This document shows positions 23,102 to 36,415 of a stretch of 64,000 nt of DNA, piece after piece. The DNA is taken from positions 1,178,001 through 1,242,000 of the forward strand of contig AP026126.1 in the NCBI GenBank assembly GCA_030295235.1. The letters run 5' to 3'. How positions within the stretch are numbered: the stretch's first letter is position 1; every line of letters begins with the position of its first letter. Under the pieces are notes generated by a model, which was not told the DNA's origin, searched no databases, and was given only the letters and a program-made list of their open reading frames with translations. The position numbers were made by a program, and so were the translations under genes. This stretch comes from Fistulifera solaris (taxonomy: Eukaryota).

Positions 23102-26100
23102 ATGAGCACAACAGACGATGAACAAGCTATCAATCTGGCTTGGCCTCAAGATGTGAATCTTTTGCGAAGATTCGTTCGGGGCACGAAAGGTGAAATCTGG
23201 GCGTTTGCTGCCGTCGATGATGATTCGGCTATCTACAATGTTGGATCGACCGAAGTAATTCGCGAGTTCGATGACGGTGCTGTTCGTGCCATTGCTGTCT
23301 CGTCCGATGAAAAGCGGATTGCCGTCGGTTTCGATGATGGTTCGGTGAACATTTACAAGGACGGAGCATTGAAGTCTTGCTATGCGGCACCGTATCGTGA
23401 AGGATTGCTCCGCGATCTGAAGTTTCACCCTCACTATCCTAACTGGCTTGCCGTTGCTTCCGAGCAAGAGACTGAGCTCATCAATATCGAAACTGAAGAG
23501 ACAGTGAAAAGTGAGGCTTTCCTCAAAGACGAAGTGATGACGGCCCAAAATGGTTCAGGGACACGCTCCATTGAATTCCACGTGCACTCCGACAAAGTTA
23601 TCATGACAACACTATCTCTCGACGGTCGTCTTTGCTACTGGGATGTGTCTGGAAAGCCGGAAGACTGGTGTTTGCTGCACTGCGAAAAGTCGCGCTGCAT
23701 TACCAAAGAGGATTTGTCGGAAGTGTTAGGCGCCGATCCTTGGGATCGAGCTTGTCGTGTTTCTCACGCGAGTCTCTCGAATTTCATGGTTTCAGTTCTA
23801 CCCGGCGAGACCTTTGTGCAACTGCGAAGAGTTGACGGAACTTCCGTCGAGGACTGCAGTGGTATTAATGTAGAGCACACGGAAAGCATTGTTATTGCGT
23901 TGGTGCGCGGGCAGCAAGTGTTGACGAGTGGTCGCGACGGCACGCTGATACTATGGAACCTGAAACTGGATGAGGTAAGTTGGCGCAATTGTACAACATT
24001 ATTAGACAAAAATCGCATCCATTCTTACTTTTGCTTTGTTGCGCCCCAGAACCAGAAACCTGTGGTTGCATACGAGAAGAAACTAGCGCAGTTCGAGTCC
24101 GCACCTACCGATTTGTTATGGGAAGGAAACAAGTTGTACGTCGCTTTGTCCAATGGGGCGGTCAAAGTTCTTTCCATGCCCGCCCAACAGACTGAAGTCG
24201 CGGAGGAGACCAATGCTACCGCTAAATCGACTGCAAAGGTGGTTGCCGCAGATAATGCACATTCAAAGGCGGATGATTTCGATGACGATGATGTCGACTT
24301 TACCCACCAACCCACCAAAAATCCCTTTATCGACGACGAAGCAGCGGACGACGATGAAGTCTTGAACTCTAACCCACAAGCAAATGGCGATGTCGAGTAC
24401 GACTCTGATATCTCGCCTCCCAAGGCGACAGATTATGATAGCGATGACGTCGACGATATAGACGATGGTGACTACCCTCTGCCAGAAGCATCTGTTCTGT
24501 TCGGAGCCAAGTTGCCCAAGCCGCAAGCACCGTTCGGCCCTTCTGCGACACCAATCGATCTAGCGCACAGAATTCTATGCTGGAATCACATTGGAACTGC
24601 CGTCTGGCATCGCGGTGAAGATGACATTCGTGATTCAGTTGATATCACGTTCACAGATTCTGCCTTTTCGAGGCCGACGCGATTTACAGACACGGCTGGA
24701 TTCATTCTCGGGTCCTTGGGAGAAGACGGGGGCATCTTTTGTACAGATATCGCCCATTCCGATGACAATGACGACTCTGACATTCAAGAGGTTGCCGAAG
24801 TTGTAGCTGGCTTCCGGATGGATGTTACAAAAGCGACTTTGAAGAAGAAGAGAAGTGGCGCTGGATCCACCATTTACTTCCATCGCTTTGAGTCTTTGGG
24901 TGCTTTACGTGACAAAGATTGGTACTTGACTTTACCAGATGGTGAGCGCGCCGTGGGCTGTGCAACAGGAGAGGGATGGGCTGCTGTTATCACAAGGTAA
25001 GTAATCGAAATGAATCTCTTCATTCTACCTTCGCAAAAAATATCTAAACGCCAAAGTTGCTTTAGTCGTCGATTCCTCCGAATTTTTTCTTCGGGTGGTA
25101 ATCAAGGTGGAGTTACTTGGCTGGATGGCGAACCCGTGACCGTGGCAGGCCGCGGACGTTTCATTTCCGTTTTCTACCATCGGTGCGCTCCCCTTCCCGA
25201 TGGAACTCAAAAGCTCGACTATCTGCTATACGATGCCATTTCGAATCGAACAGTGGCCAGAGGACCCCTCTCGTGTTTGTGCACCGGGTCGTCGCTTTCG
25301 TGGGTAGGGTTCATGAACGATTTCTCGCTTTTGGCCTTTGATACATCGGGTATGCTTTCCATGCTAGCGTCGAGTTGCGGTGATGCGCCCTCTAATCCTG
25401 GATGCTGGGAATGGGTTCCAGTCCTTGATACTGTAGGTCTTCGCAAATCGTCCGACGATAGTCACTGGCCGATAACAGCGGTTGATGGGAAGCTTGTGTG
25501 CGTTCCACTGAAAGGTGGGGTCCAATATCCAGATGCAACTCGCCGTCCGGTAACCGCTGCCCTGGGCTTTCGTCTTCCCTTAATTAAAGGTGAATTATCC
25601 ACCGTGTAAGTAACTTTCGTCCATTCAAGCGTTGATTACTCGAGCTGTTTAGCTCACGCTTTTTCAGAAACGCTCTTGAGGAATTGTCGATCCGGGCTGA
25701 TTTTTCACTTTGCCAAAAGAAGGTTATGAATGAGATTTCTGCTGCCGACGAAAATTTTGAAGAAGAATATGTCGCTCTGTCTGCTCAGGTGGTAGGTCCA
25801 AAAGTTTGATGGTCGTTCCAAGTCCACCTGCATGTACTCTGACCTCTAGCCCCACTTTTCTGGCGTTTTGTTTGAACAGGATAAGGTTGTGCTGAAACTA
25901 TTTGCGGAAATCGTTCAAACGGGTAAAGTAGATCGTGCTCTCGACTTGGTCGATCGTTTGCGCCTCGAGAAATCTTACGAATTGGCAATCAAATTGTCCG
26001 CGGGGCACCACAAACTTGCGAATCTGATCGAGGACGCAAAGAGGACAAGTTCGGACGTGCTTTAGCCGATTCGCCCGAGTACTTTACCCGAGAAGAAGAT

Positions 26101-26214
26101 GCTGTCATGGAGTCTCAGAGACGAATTACTCCCGACTCCCGTCCAGTAAAGCGCGCCATAGTCAATGACTCAACACAAGAAGCTCGACAAGTTCGAAACC
26201 GACAAGTCTACTAG
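23102..26214 (+). CDS. WDHD1: Ctf4/AND-1/Mcl1 replisome factor (WD40 + SepB domain), multiple introns
   Basis: N-terminal WD repeats, PQAPFGPSATP...RILCWNHIG, W.LTLPDGE.A...A.GEGWAAVIT.R.FLRIFS.GG.Q, EWVPVLD and DKVVLKLF...RALDL. Confidence 0.88.
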
Positions 26215-26465
26215 AAGTTAAAGGTACTATCAAATGCAATCACCATTGCCCTAGTTTTTCTTTGTGTATCTATTCGTAGGGTTGAGGGTAGAATTACTCA
26301 GGTGTTGATTATTCGGGATACAAAAAACGTGGGAATGGATCCTCGATCGAAGAAAAAAGATTGTGCGAAGACAACCAAAGATTTTCGATTGCAACCATGG
26401 TATCAAAGAGAATGAGAAAGACAGTTTATAGAACGGCGTTGATGCTTATTTATGTATGAAAGAGA

Positions 26466-27767
26466 TTGAAATCCAGGAAACTCAGTAGCGCCGTCAACAA
26501 CATGCACAATATTGTCAATCACGTAGCCCACGCCATCGACGTGGACGATGTCGCTCGCCGCATCAACTGGAACGACGTCGTGCAACGAATCGACTGGAAT
26601 AAAGTTGTGCGACGAATCGATTGGAGTGAGGTCATTGATCGCATAGAGCTGAATGATGTCATTGAGCGTATAGATTTGAATCATCATCTCAGTCGACTCG
26701 ATATAGATGCACTTGTTCGTCGCGTGGACATCAACGAACTTATTGATCGATCTAATTTGCGTACTATTGTGGCACGATCCAGTACGTTCATCTGCTTCTG
26801 AAATCAATTTTGCAGTCCTTCTCAATCTCACCATTTTTCACACAAAGCTACGGGGCTATTTTCACACTTGGTCGATGCTTTCCGAGCTCAGGGTATTCGA
26901 ACCGATCAAATCTTTCACGATCTTGGAAGATTTCACTGCTGTCGTAGATTTGGTTTTGGCGCAAAGCGAGTTCTTCCGCCAGAGCCAGGGAAGAGAATTG
27001 ACGACGTAGTTTGTCCGCATCATATATCGGCCTTGGCGGAAGCTGTTCAGGGTCGTTGTGCTGGATTGGTCTCCCGATTTGCTGCTTGGGTCTTAGATTC
27101 CTTGATTGTTCTTGGAAGTTTCGCTATTGGTCTCTATCTATTCACTCAATTAAGTAATCTGGCTTTGAAGTATATCGAAGGCGACGCTAACTTGAGAACA
27201 ACCTTTTCAGAGTTTTTCAATTCGACTCACAGAGATGGGAACCAGAAAGAATATTTTTCCTTCAAGCAGTTGGAAGCATTGTGGGGTGCGGCTATCTTGT
27301 ATTGGTAAGGAATAAATGTGCAGGGGTCGAGCGAATGCACTTGCAATGTTCCTTTTCATTTGCTCACACAACGTTATAGGTGGGGTGTCTGTTACAATTT
27401 CATTGCCCTGGCAGCAGTTGGACGAACTCCCGGAAAGGCGATCATGGGCTTACTAGTTGTGCGCTCCAATGGCCGACCATTACACGCGACACAGGCCTTA
27501 TTAAGGGCCATGATTACATCCCTAGTCATTTTCGTGGCTTTGGCGACGCCTTTGGGATGGATTAGACGCGACCGGCGACAGTTGCACGATTTGCTCGCTT
27601 GTACAACTGTAGTTTACGCATGGGACGTACGCTCTTTCCGGCTGAGAGAAGCTGACTTGACTCCGGTAGAGCGTCTGGAACCAACTTATGGAAGTTTTGA
27701 AAGTGCTGAAAGCTGGGGTGAAAATCAAAACGTTCAAGACACGTATTATTATCCGCTGCACCCTTAG
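26466..27767 (+). CDS. RDD-family membrane protein with N-terminal 9-aa (R)ID(W/L)NxV(V/I) repeats; 2 introns; start uncertain
   Basis: AGLVSRFAAWVLD, GRTPGKAIMGLLVV and RRQLHDLLACTTVVY are RDD motifs. Confidence 0.8.
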
Positions 27768-28545
27768 CTAGTGTTGAGTCATTAAGGGAAAGGTTTCTTA
27801 AAATTTTACTTGATTAAATCAATGATAAATATAATTAAGCAAGAATGTCAATAAGCAGTGATGATGATGATCATCTTTCGTAATACGGGCATTTAGATCT
27901 GGCATAGTGTAGGTGGACGTTTGTTACCGGGACTCATAATCGATCGAGTCGGACTTCGGAAATCGTCATACCACGAACACGAGATATGATAGTAATGATT
28001 AATGTGACATCGAGCGGTACTGACCTATACTCCATTACAGTGCTTGGGCCTGCAAAAATGCTAATGAAGTAGTGGCCTAAAGTGTACTCAAATCGCTATT
28101 ATGACCTTGAATGTGCAATGAACTCGTGCGTTCCACGAGGGTTCGTTGTTCTCTCATGTTGCGTGTCTGTGGGACTCGACACTCGACGTCGCTTGCCGTG
28201 TGGCAGCGCGGGCTGTTGCAGGTTGCAGAAGTTATTGACAACACAGAGCCGCGAGGGTGGAGATGATAGTTACTCCGGGGTATATTCATTCGAAAGTCTC
28301 GAAGGGTTGACGAATCATCGTGCGCATAAAGCTTCGGAAACACTTGTAACGGATTACTCCTTAATTTAGGGGTAACTGTCAAGTTGTTGTTTAATCGATC
28401 AATTTAGACCCGAAACGTTTACCTGGTTGTGAGTATTTGCTCTGCGTTGCACCATGAAGCACAATGTTCAGACGAACGCTTTCCTAACAAAAGTGTCTAT
28501 TATTATCAAAGGGGTATTGGCTTAGCCCCCTAAAGGAACTGAAAA

Positions 28546-30060
28546 ATGTCGTCCGTCAGTGAAGCGGAGGAGCCTAAAATTCAACACGAAGTGAAGAAGA
28601 ATGAATCTGATGAGAAATCAAGCACTCTGGAGAAAAGAAACGAGCCAACTGCCGACGCATTAGATGATGAGCAGCCTATCAAACTGGAAACCTCCGCTGT
28701 TCCTTCACCTCCCGCTTCAGGGGCGACGAGCTCTTCATCAAAGAATGTATACAAGTCGAAAAAGAAAAAAGGTCAATCTGCAGCGACCGAAGGTGCGCCC
28801 GGCCAAGCTGCTGCTTCATTAGCACCAGGGGAAAATACCGGTCGGTGGACTGCTGAAGAACACCGCTTGTTTTTGCAGGGCCTCGAACAACATGGGAAAG
28901 GATGGAAAAGATTGCGTCTCTCATCAAATCACGGACAGTGGTGCAGATTCGGACTCACGCTCAAAAATACTTCCAGAAGCTGGCAAAGGCACGTCAGAAT
29001 GGAGAAGAAGGTGATATTACAATGGAAGGACGAGGAGGGAACGCGTCTATTACTTCGAACACGACTGCAACAGCTGCCATGACAAACAAGCGCCGTCGCC
29101 ATATCACAGGAACAAAGCGCAAAGTGATACAGTCCGTAGTGGCATCTGCGCAGCGACAAGCAAAGAAGGCAAACTTAACGGAAATTGGAAACCCCAGTAA
29201 AAACGTTGCTGTTCCGGGTATTGCTCCCGCTCTAGCATACTTTGTAACGCCCACTCCGTCCTCTTCAGCGGGCCCCGATACCGACTTGATGACTGACGAC
29301 CATATTTCTGGTCCAGCTCTTGAAGATTCCCTGTGAGTTACATATATCGAAGTGCCACAAGGCGTTTGAAAGCGATTTCTCACCCATTACATTCGACCCA
29401 GTTTCAGATTTTTGACCCCGGTTCCGATTGCAACCGACCATGTCAATGACGTAGCTCGTCAGGCAGGCGCGAACCCCATCACGCTGCCCTCTACGAATGG
29501 TCAGGCATTGGCATCAGTACCAGGACGCTCACCCACTGGAGTCCAGGACTTATCCATCTATCCGTCATGGACCGACGCCAAAGATCCCCCCTTCTTGGTA
29601 CGCCAAGGGAGCAGACGTTGATGCTCTTCTCGATGTCTCCGACACTCTTGATTGGTTAGCAGACACAGGAGATCTTGACGAAGATTATCAACCGCAAGCG
29701 AATGATGTTGATGAGTCTGATTTTAGCGGGCAAGGCGGGCACCATGAAATGGGCGTATCTAATGCGAACAACAACACTAGCGTGACTTCGCTTGCACACG
29801 TCGATCCGACTATGGTTTCGGTGGTACCTCCGCTTCCCTCTCTTTTCGAAGGTAATCCTGATGTAGTAGAAGAGGAGCCAACTATTGCGAAAGATTTAAC
29901 CGCAATCGCGATGGGAGATGTTTCGCTCCATATTTCTCCTAGCGATCCCAATGCCGAAGCGCTTCAGGTCTTCGATAGTCCTATGGAAGAGCAAGAGTTT
30001 GTGTCTACATTATTGGAGACAACTCCCGAAAGTAGCGACAATCTGGCCGTTTTGAGTTAG
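28546..30060 (+). CDS. Single-repeat Myb transcription factor, SHAQKYF class; intron ~29334-29401
   Basis: GRWTAEEHRLFLQGLEQHGKGWK(K)IASLIKSRTVVQIRTHAQKYF, with an A-run indel near 28908. Confidence 0.92.
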
Positions 30061-30238
30061 TGAAACTACACGCAGGCGGACAAGCTGCTTCATTTTGGAA
30101 ACGATACGTAATACATAGACAATTCATGTTCTGATATGTTTGGTATGATAACTAGTATTTTTTGTAGCAACCCACACTATTGCGCAGTAGAATATCATCC
30201 ACATGGAAGCCAAGTCTTTTTTCTTACTTTGCTGCCGA

Positions 30239-32738
30239 CTATTTGGCTTGACTTTGCTTATTGCTCAAGTCACTTTTATTCGCCCCCTTTTCGTGATCAC
30301 GCATCGGTCTAGTATATTGGTCAAAAAATTCAACAAACCTTTTTGCATATTCATTTGGAGGGACGCAGCTCGCTTGAGATCGATGAGCTGTAAAGGATCT
30401 GTATCTGGTTTCGAGCACTTTTCTAGAATTGTATTCCTGAAGAATATCAATTATACCCATATAGAAAATCTTCCCGCCGTACAGCTCCTCTCCTTGAGGT
30501 CCTTGAAACCGTAGTGGCAACTTAAGTCCAGTCGTATCCATCTCAAAGCCTTTATCTTTCCTATTTGATAGTGGAGGAATGAACTGAGGAATGTTGTAAC
30601 CTTCTAAGAGCTTGCGATCTGGGGCACAGATGCACGGCTTTTGGGAACATGTCGCGCACAGTTCTGGTCCCACTCTTCGGTGACCGTGAAGGTCAAAGAA
30701 CCTCTGAAAAGGCCAATACAGCTTCTCTATTGTCTGTTGCTTCTTTTGTTGAACCTCAATGCTGGAAGGTTCGTCTGGTAGCTTGCTTTCAATATCTTCC
30801 AAATAACTGTTGTCATCCTCCTCCAAACCGTGATGGTCAAAGAAAGCACCCACAACCTCGCTCATGCTCCGCGCCTTCCTTGAATCGTAAGTGTCGTTAC
30901 TATGGGACGCTAGAGCGTCCACTAATTTGGCATGGTCTATTATTTCTGGGTTGTCAGGTGAAGCTTCTGCGACATCAGGACCGGCATCCGAGTGCGAATT
31001 GTTGATATCCAAGTTTGAGTTAGGTGCCGCATTCGACAAATGTGCTGGTCGGAATCCCATGGTGGCTAATGTTGAAGCCTTTTTGTGTGACAAGGGAACG
31101 TGATGCACTCCGACGAGCATAGAATAGTCCATGATTCCCATTGTGGTCAAAAGGTGGTGTCTCGCACAAGTTGCTCCCTCATTGCAGCACGCTGCTGGGG
31201 GTTGAGGGACATTGCTGATCCAGGAAGACCTCGCCGCAGATCATTATCCTTTTAACACCTTGACCGGGTTTTGCATCGCGACCAGTGACGGAACCCTTCA
31301 GATCATAAAAGGATTGTAGAAACTTATCGGTATGGTATACGGAATTCATGATAACAAATTTCATTTCGCGCCTCAGATGATACAGCTTTACACGATACAT
31401 CCCAAAAAAAGCGTGTGATCATGGTATTCGGATTCTCCGCACAATGTTTCAAATAGTCAGGCAGTACTTGAATTCAAAAGCAATTGGGTGAGCATCAAAG
31501 CGCATCAAAGCGTTACGATGTTCATAGCATATCAACGACTTACTTCGACGCAGAAATTTACTCTCAGCATTTGTCATGGTCTTTATCATGTACTTTCCAT
31601 CACTCGAATAGAAGAAGAACTGCCCACTTTTCGCATTTGAAATAAACTCGATAAAGTTGGCGTTACCACAAACCGAGAGCAAAAATCGAACTCATTGACC
31701 CCAAACATTCTGCGCAAATATGCGAAAACAACCGGGGCATAGTCTTTGAACTTGAACGTGTGCGCGAGCATATGCGGTGGCGTTAACGATCCTCCTTTGG
31801 GACGAAATTCGTACTTTTCGTCGGCTTTAAAATCCATCGGTCGAACCCATCGGTGGCCCGTACCGCTATTGAGTTCCGTGTTCGTCCGCGTGATGGAAGT
31901 CCGCACTCCGATCATGACCGCAATCGAGAGCGTGTATAACTCGTGCTCTCCGTCTATAACCTTACCACGAACATATGATTTTTGTTTCACCACTTTTTTA
32001 CTGTCGGTTCGCTTTCGCTTCCAGCGTAGAAGTTTGATCAGATCATGAGTATCGACTTGTTCCAGCACTACGAATTCGAAAAAAAACCGTGTCAGAAAAT
32101 GTCATTCGCATATTAACCACCAATGAAACATAGCTCTACCTACCTTTCTTCCCCGCCTCGGCTGTACCAGCCACCACAGGGGCCGTAATAGTAGCCGTTG
32201 TGACCTCCTTCGCATTGGGACCATTCTCATCTGTCATTTCCGCCGACTCGTCAATGATATCCAAAGGACTTGATTGATAATCCGCTATACCACCTTCTAC
32301 CGTCGGCGGAAGCCGCGGTGGTTTCCCTCGTACTACTCCGTTTTTGCTCGTAAGACTGGCTCGTTTGACGATCTTTCGGACGGTTTGTAAATGGACCGCA
32401 CGGGCGGCTTTGCCCATGGTCGATACTTTGACATTTGCGTTGGCTCGAAGCGCCGCGGCGGCCGGACTGTTATCATCGATATGAAGAGGATCTATATCGA
32501 CCATGACGTCTATTCCATTGTTGGTAATGCCTTCATTGATATCGTATTCAATAATCTGATAGGGTCCCTGTCCAGAATGCCCCGATTTATGCGATGTCGT
32601 GTCATCATTTGCCCCTTTCTCTCTAGTATCAAAACCGCCTATGCTTTCATCGAAAGAAAAGGAGGAACGACTGGAGAGAAAGTCTGAAGAACTCTTCGGC
32701 TTTGACGCAGAACCATTGCCACTTGTACGGCTCGACAT
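30239..32738 (-). CDS. PIP5K: Phosphatidylinositol phosphate kinase (PIP5K family), with introns and homopolymer frameshifts
   Basis: FKFKDYAPVVF.YLRRMFG, SNAKSGQFFFYSSDGKYMIKT, YDLKGS, IMDYSMLVG and YMGIIDILQEYN. Confidence 0.93.
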
Positions 32739-33347
32739 GACCGCCAAACTTCTTAGTTCTTTTTGTTTGAAGTGTCTGTTCTGACCGGTTTTTGAAAAGC
32801 ACAGATCACGTGATAAGTATGATCAATGACTATAAAGAAACAACAAGCTTTGAGTGCGCACAGAACATTATGACTTGTGATGCGTAACTGTCGTCAAACA
32901 ATGATGGTCGAACGAAAAAATAATGCAAGATGACCATGGTTCGGGAGTCAGGAAAGCATCGGCTCTCGCTAAATAAATTATTGTCTCCATCGATCACCGA
33001 TCAAGATCAACCCCTTGGCATCTAATCTTGAACCCTAATATTATGTTCATAAAGAACGCTCCGTTCCGTTAGGACCCGGATTTATGAGAAGTCTTTTGGC
33101 GACAACCAGAAAACACGGACAAGGAGACAGCGGCTAGACCTCGCACAACAACAATGCCGCTCACATTCAACATTCCTTCTTTCATCCAAGCTTTTGCTGT
33201 CTCCTTGTCTTCCGGCTGCCTGGTGATCACTTATCGAAAAGTACCGGTACTGTACCTTATCGTTTTGCTTTTGAAAGCCTGTTGGTCAAGCGAAGCGAAT
33301 AAGTGGGAGCCATTTGTGAAAACGTGGTACCCACAGAGAACAAAACA

Positions 33348-36344
33348 ATGCCGGTCGTCGACATCGCACTTCTCGATGCTGTCGATGACACCTCTAAAGA
33401 TTCGTCCGGCAAAAAGAGATCTTATTTAGATACCAATGCGCTACTCGGACATGTCCTCGACACCGAAGAGGAGGAGTCGATCAAGCGACAGAAAACGGAT
33501 ACTGTGGCGAATCGAAAGTTAAAGTCCGATCAATGGGATACGATGTTTTTACGATTAGTGGCTTACAAGGCGGAGAAAGGAGTGAGTGGAATTGAAGAAT
33601 CAATTTAATCTATGACGTGCTTTTTTCTAAACGTTGTTGTTCATGAACACAGGATTGTTTAGTTCCGAAGCGATACGCACCTGATCCGAAACTGTAAGTA
33701 ATACACAGTGAACGAAAGTTGGGTCGCCTTTCCCTGTCACACTCATAACCGTCCGCTTTTACTTCATGATTCAGTGGAACTTGGGTCGAAACGCAGGTAA
33801 GTGTTGTGTCTTGGAAAATGTGCTTTGGATATCCGCCGAGAATACTTCTCTCTGACAATGTTGTATCGACGCAAAGAGAGTTCAATACAAGCGCTTGCAG
33901 CGGGAGTATGACGCGGCAATGGGGGTCGAATTAGTGCAGCCCAACAAACGACTCGATCAGACGCGCCTCAATAAACTAAATTCCATTGGTTTTGTATGGT
34001 CCGCGAAAACTCCTCCAAAGCCCTCGCCCCTCCAGGATTCCAGTATCAGTCAAGAGAATGCGACTGCTATCCTTCCCAAGGCGAAACCAAAGAAACCGAA
34101 TATTGACGGTCAAGATTTGTTTAGTCGTCACGTGGCGCGTCAAGAAGATCAGTGGCTTGAAATGTACGATCGTCTTGTCAAGTACAAAGAGGAACATGGT
34201 GTAAGTAGATCGTTGTGGCGCATATCTTTTTCTGCCATCGGAACACACTCATTGAAGTCATCTTCAGGACACTCTTGTACCGAGAAAATATGACGAGGAT
34301 CCACGCTTGGGAGCGTGGGTGGAACTGCAGCGCGTGTTATGGAGTAGAGACTTTCGAGAATCCGGGGACAGCACTTCGGAACCGAGAACTGGAGGCCAAA
34401 TGGACGACGCACCCGAATCAGTGAATCCCGATATTTGCAGAAGAAAAGAAAAGGACTTGTCGATTCGTGACCCTGGTACTACTATGGAATGTCCTGATAG
34501 TCTCGACGATTGTGCGAGAGGGGAAAATATTCTTCAGCACACGACCGAGGTGTCCATTGCTCCTGCCATCAACGAAGGTCTTGAAAGCATGAACTTCCCC
34601 ACAGAACTAAAGCGCCTTTCTGTGGAAAAGAAAGCGAAATTGGACGAACTGGGATTCGTCTGGTCTCTCCGCAGCAAACGTATTGACGATCATTGGGATG
34701 AAATGTTCGGTCAGGTAAGAGCTCGGACCCGGAGAAAATTAGTTTGACGTGTTGAATTTTCCTCACAGGCAATTTAGCTCGTCGAGTACAAAAACCAACA
34801 TGGCGACTGTCTTGGTAAGTTTATGTGCTTTGAAATACAGAGTACGACTCTGGTGAACAATCTGTTCTTACGTCGTTTCGTATACTTCAGTGCCTTCCAG
34901 GTATGAAGAAAATCTAAAATTGGGGAAGTGGGTCGAAACCCAACGGTATGAATATACCAAACTTATGAGGGTTTGTACTACTGATTCAACAGAAACCAAC
35001 GAGAACAAGCAAGCTACGAATCCCCGTTTAACAGAAGAGCGCCGTCGGCGTTTAGAATCGATTGGCTTTGAGTGGAAAGTGCGCAATAAGATGAAGCGCT
35101 ACTACGACAAACAGTGGGACCAGATGTTCGACCGCCTCGTAGAATTCAAAGCAAAGAACGGCCATTGCTTAGTACCAAAGCGCCACCCAGATGATATGAA
35201 ACTAGGAACGTGGGTCCATACACAGCGAATTCAACATCGAAAGCTTTTAGAAGGGAAGAAGAACACTCTTTCCGATAACAACGACGACGCGTCCCAGCTT
35301 TCTGACAAATCCGAGGATGAAATTAATTACCGACTTACCGAGGAGCGGCGCAAGCGGCTAGTTGATATTGGTTTTGTTTGGAGTGTTCGAGAGGCGGAGC
35401 ATAATTACGAGACTAATCGCATCGTGCGAACGAGCTACGATGATCAATGGGACGCCATGTTTAACTTGCTAAGTGCGTACAAGGAGAGGTACGGCGACTG
35501 TTTGGTTCCCAAAAGATATAAGGAAAATCCCAAGCTCGGGACATGGGTAGACACGCAGCGCGTTCAGTACAAGAAGATGAAGAAGAGGATTGAAGGTGAT
35601 GCAGGAGTTGGCAATGGGATATCCGGTGGGAAAGGTGGAGGGCGCCTTACCGACCAACGCATCCGCCGCTTGGAAGATATAGGATTTGTATGGTCCCTTC
35701 GCGACGATTGGCAGAAGCATTACGACGAACTCATAGAATTCCGAAAGGAAAATGGACACTGTAATGTTCCTGCGCGTTTTTCAAACAATCGACGTCTTGG
35801 TATTTGGGTCAGTGCACAGCGCCAGCAATACAAATTGCTGCAAAAGCTATCTCTATCTGAAAAGCGAAACGTGCGACTCAACGCTGAAAGAATAAGACTT
35901 CTCAACAATCTTGGTTTTACGTGGACTATCCGCTCTAGGGCGTTTGGTGAGGAATGGAATCAAAGACTTCGTGAACTGAAACACTTTCAAATAGTTCATG
36001 GACATTGTAACGTACCTATATTCTACCATGGCAATTCTGAACTTGGCTCGTGGGTTGAAAAGCAGCGGAAACTGTATCATCAATTCATGGCATATATAAG
36101 AACCGTGAATGACATTAGAACTACGAATGAGGAAGTCAGCGACATGGAACCTCCATATTGCGACGAGAAGATCCGGATTCTTGATGACTTGGGTTTCGAT
36201 TGGACAGACAGGATGGATCAGAGTTGCGAAAATTCATCTGGAATTGACGCACTCCAAAAGGCGAGTTCCCTCGCGTCAGCCCAGCTCAGTGAAAAGTCAA
36301 GCGCTCACGAACATTTGTACGATACAATTTACTACGGCGTTTAA
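33348..36344 (+). CDS. Helicase-associated (HA) domain repeat protein, 7 repeats, multiple 5' introns
   Basis: Seven copies of W..M(F/Y)..L..(Y/F)K...G(H/D)C.VP......LG.WV..QR......R...L..(I/L)GF.W. Confidence 0.9.
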
Positions 36345-36415
36345 TGTTTTTCTTGACGCGTCCAATAATCGGAAATCAAAATTTATCGCCACTGTCGCAT
36401 ATTAGAAACAATCAT

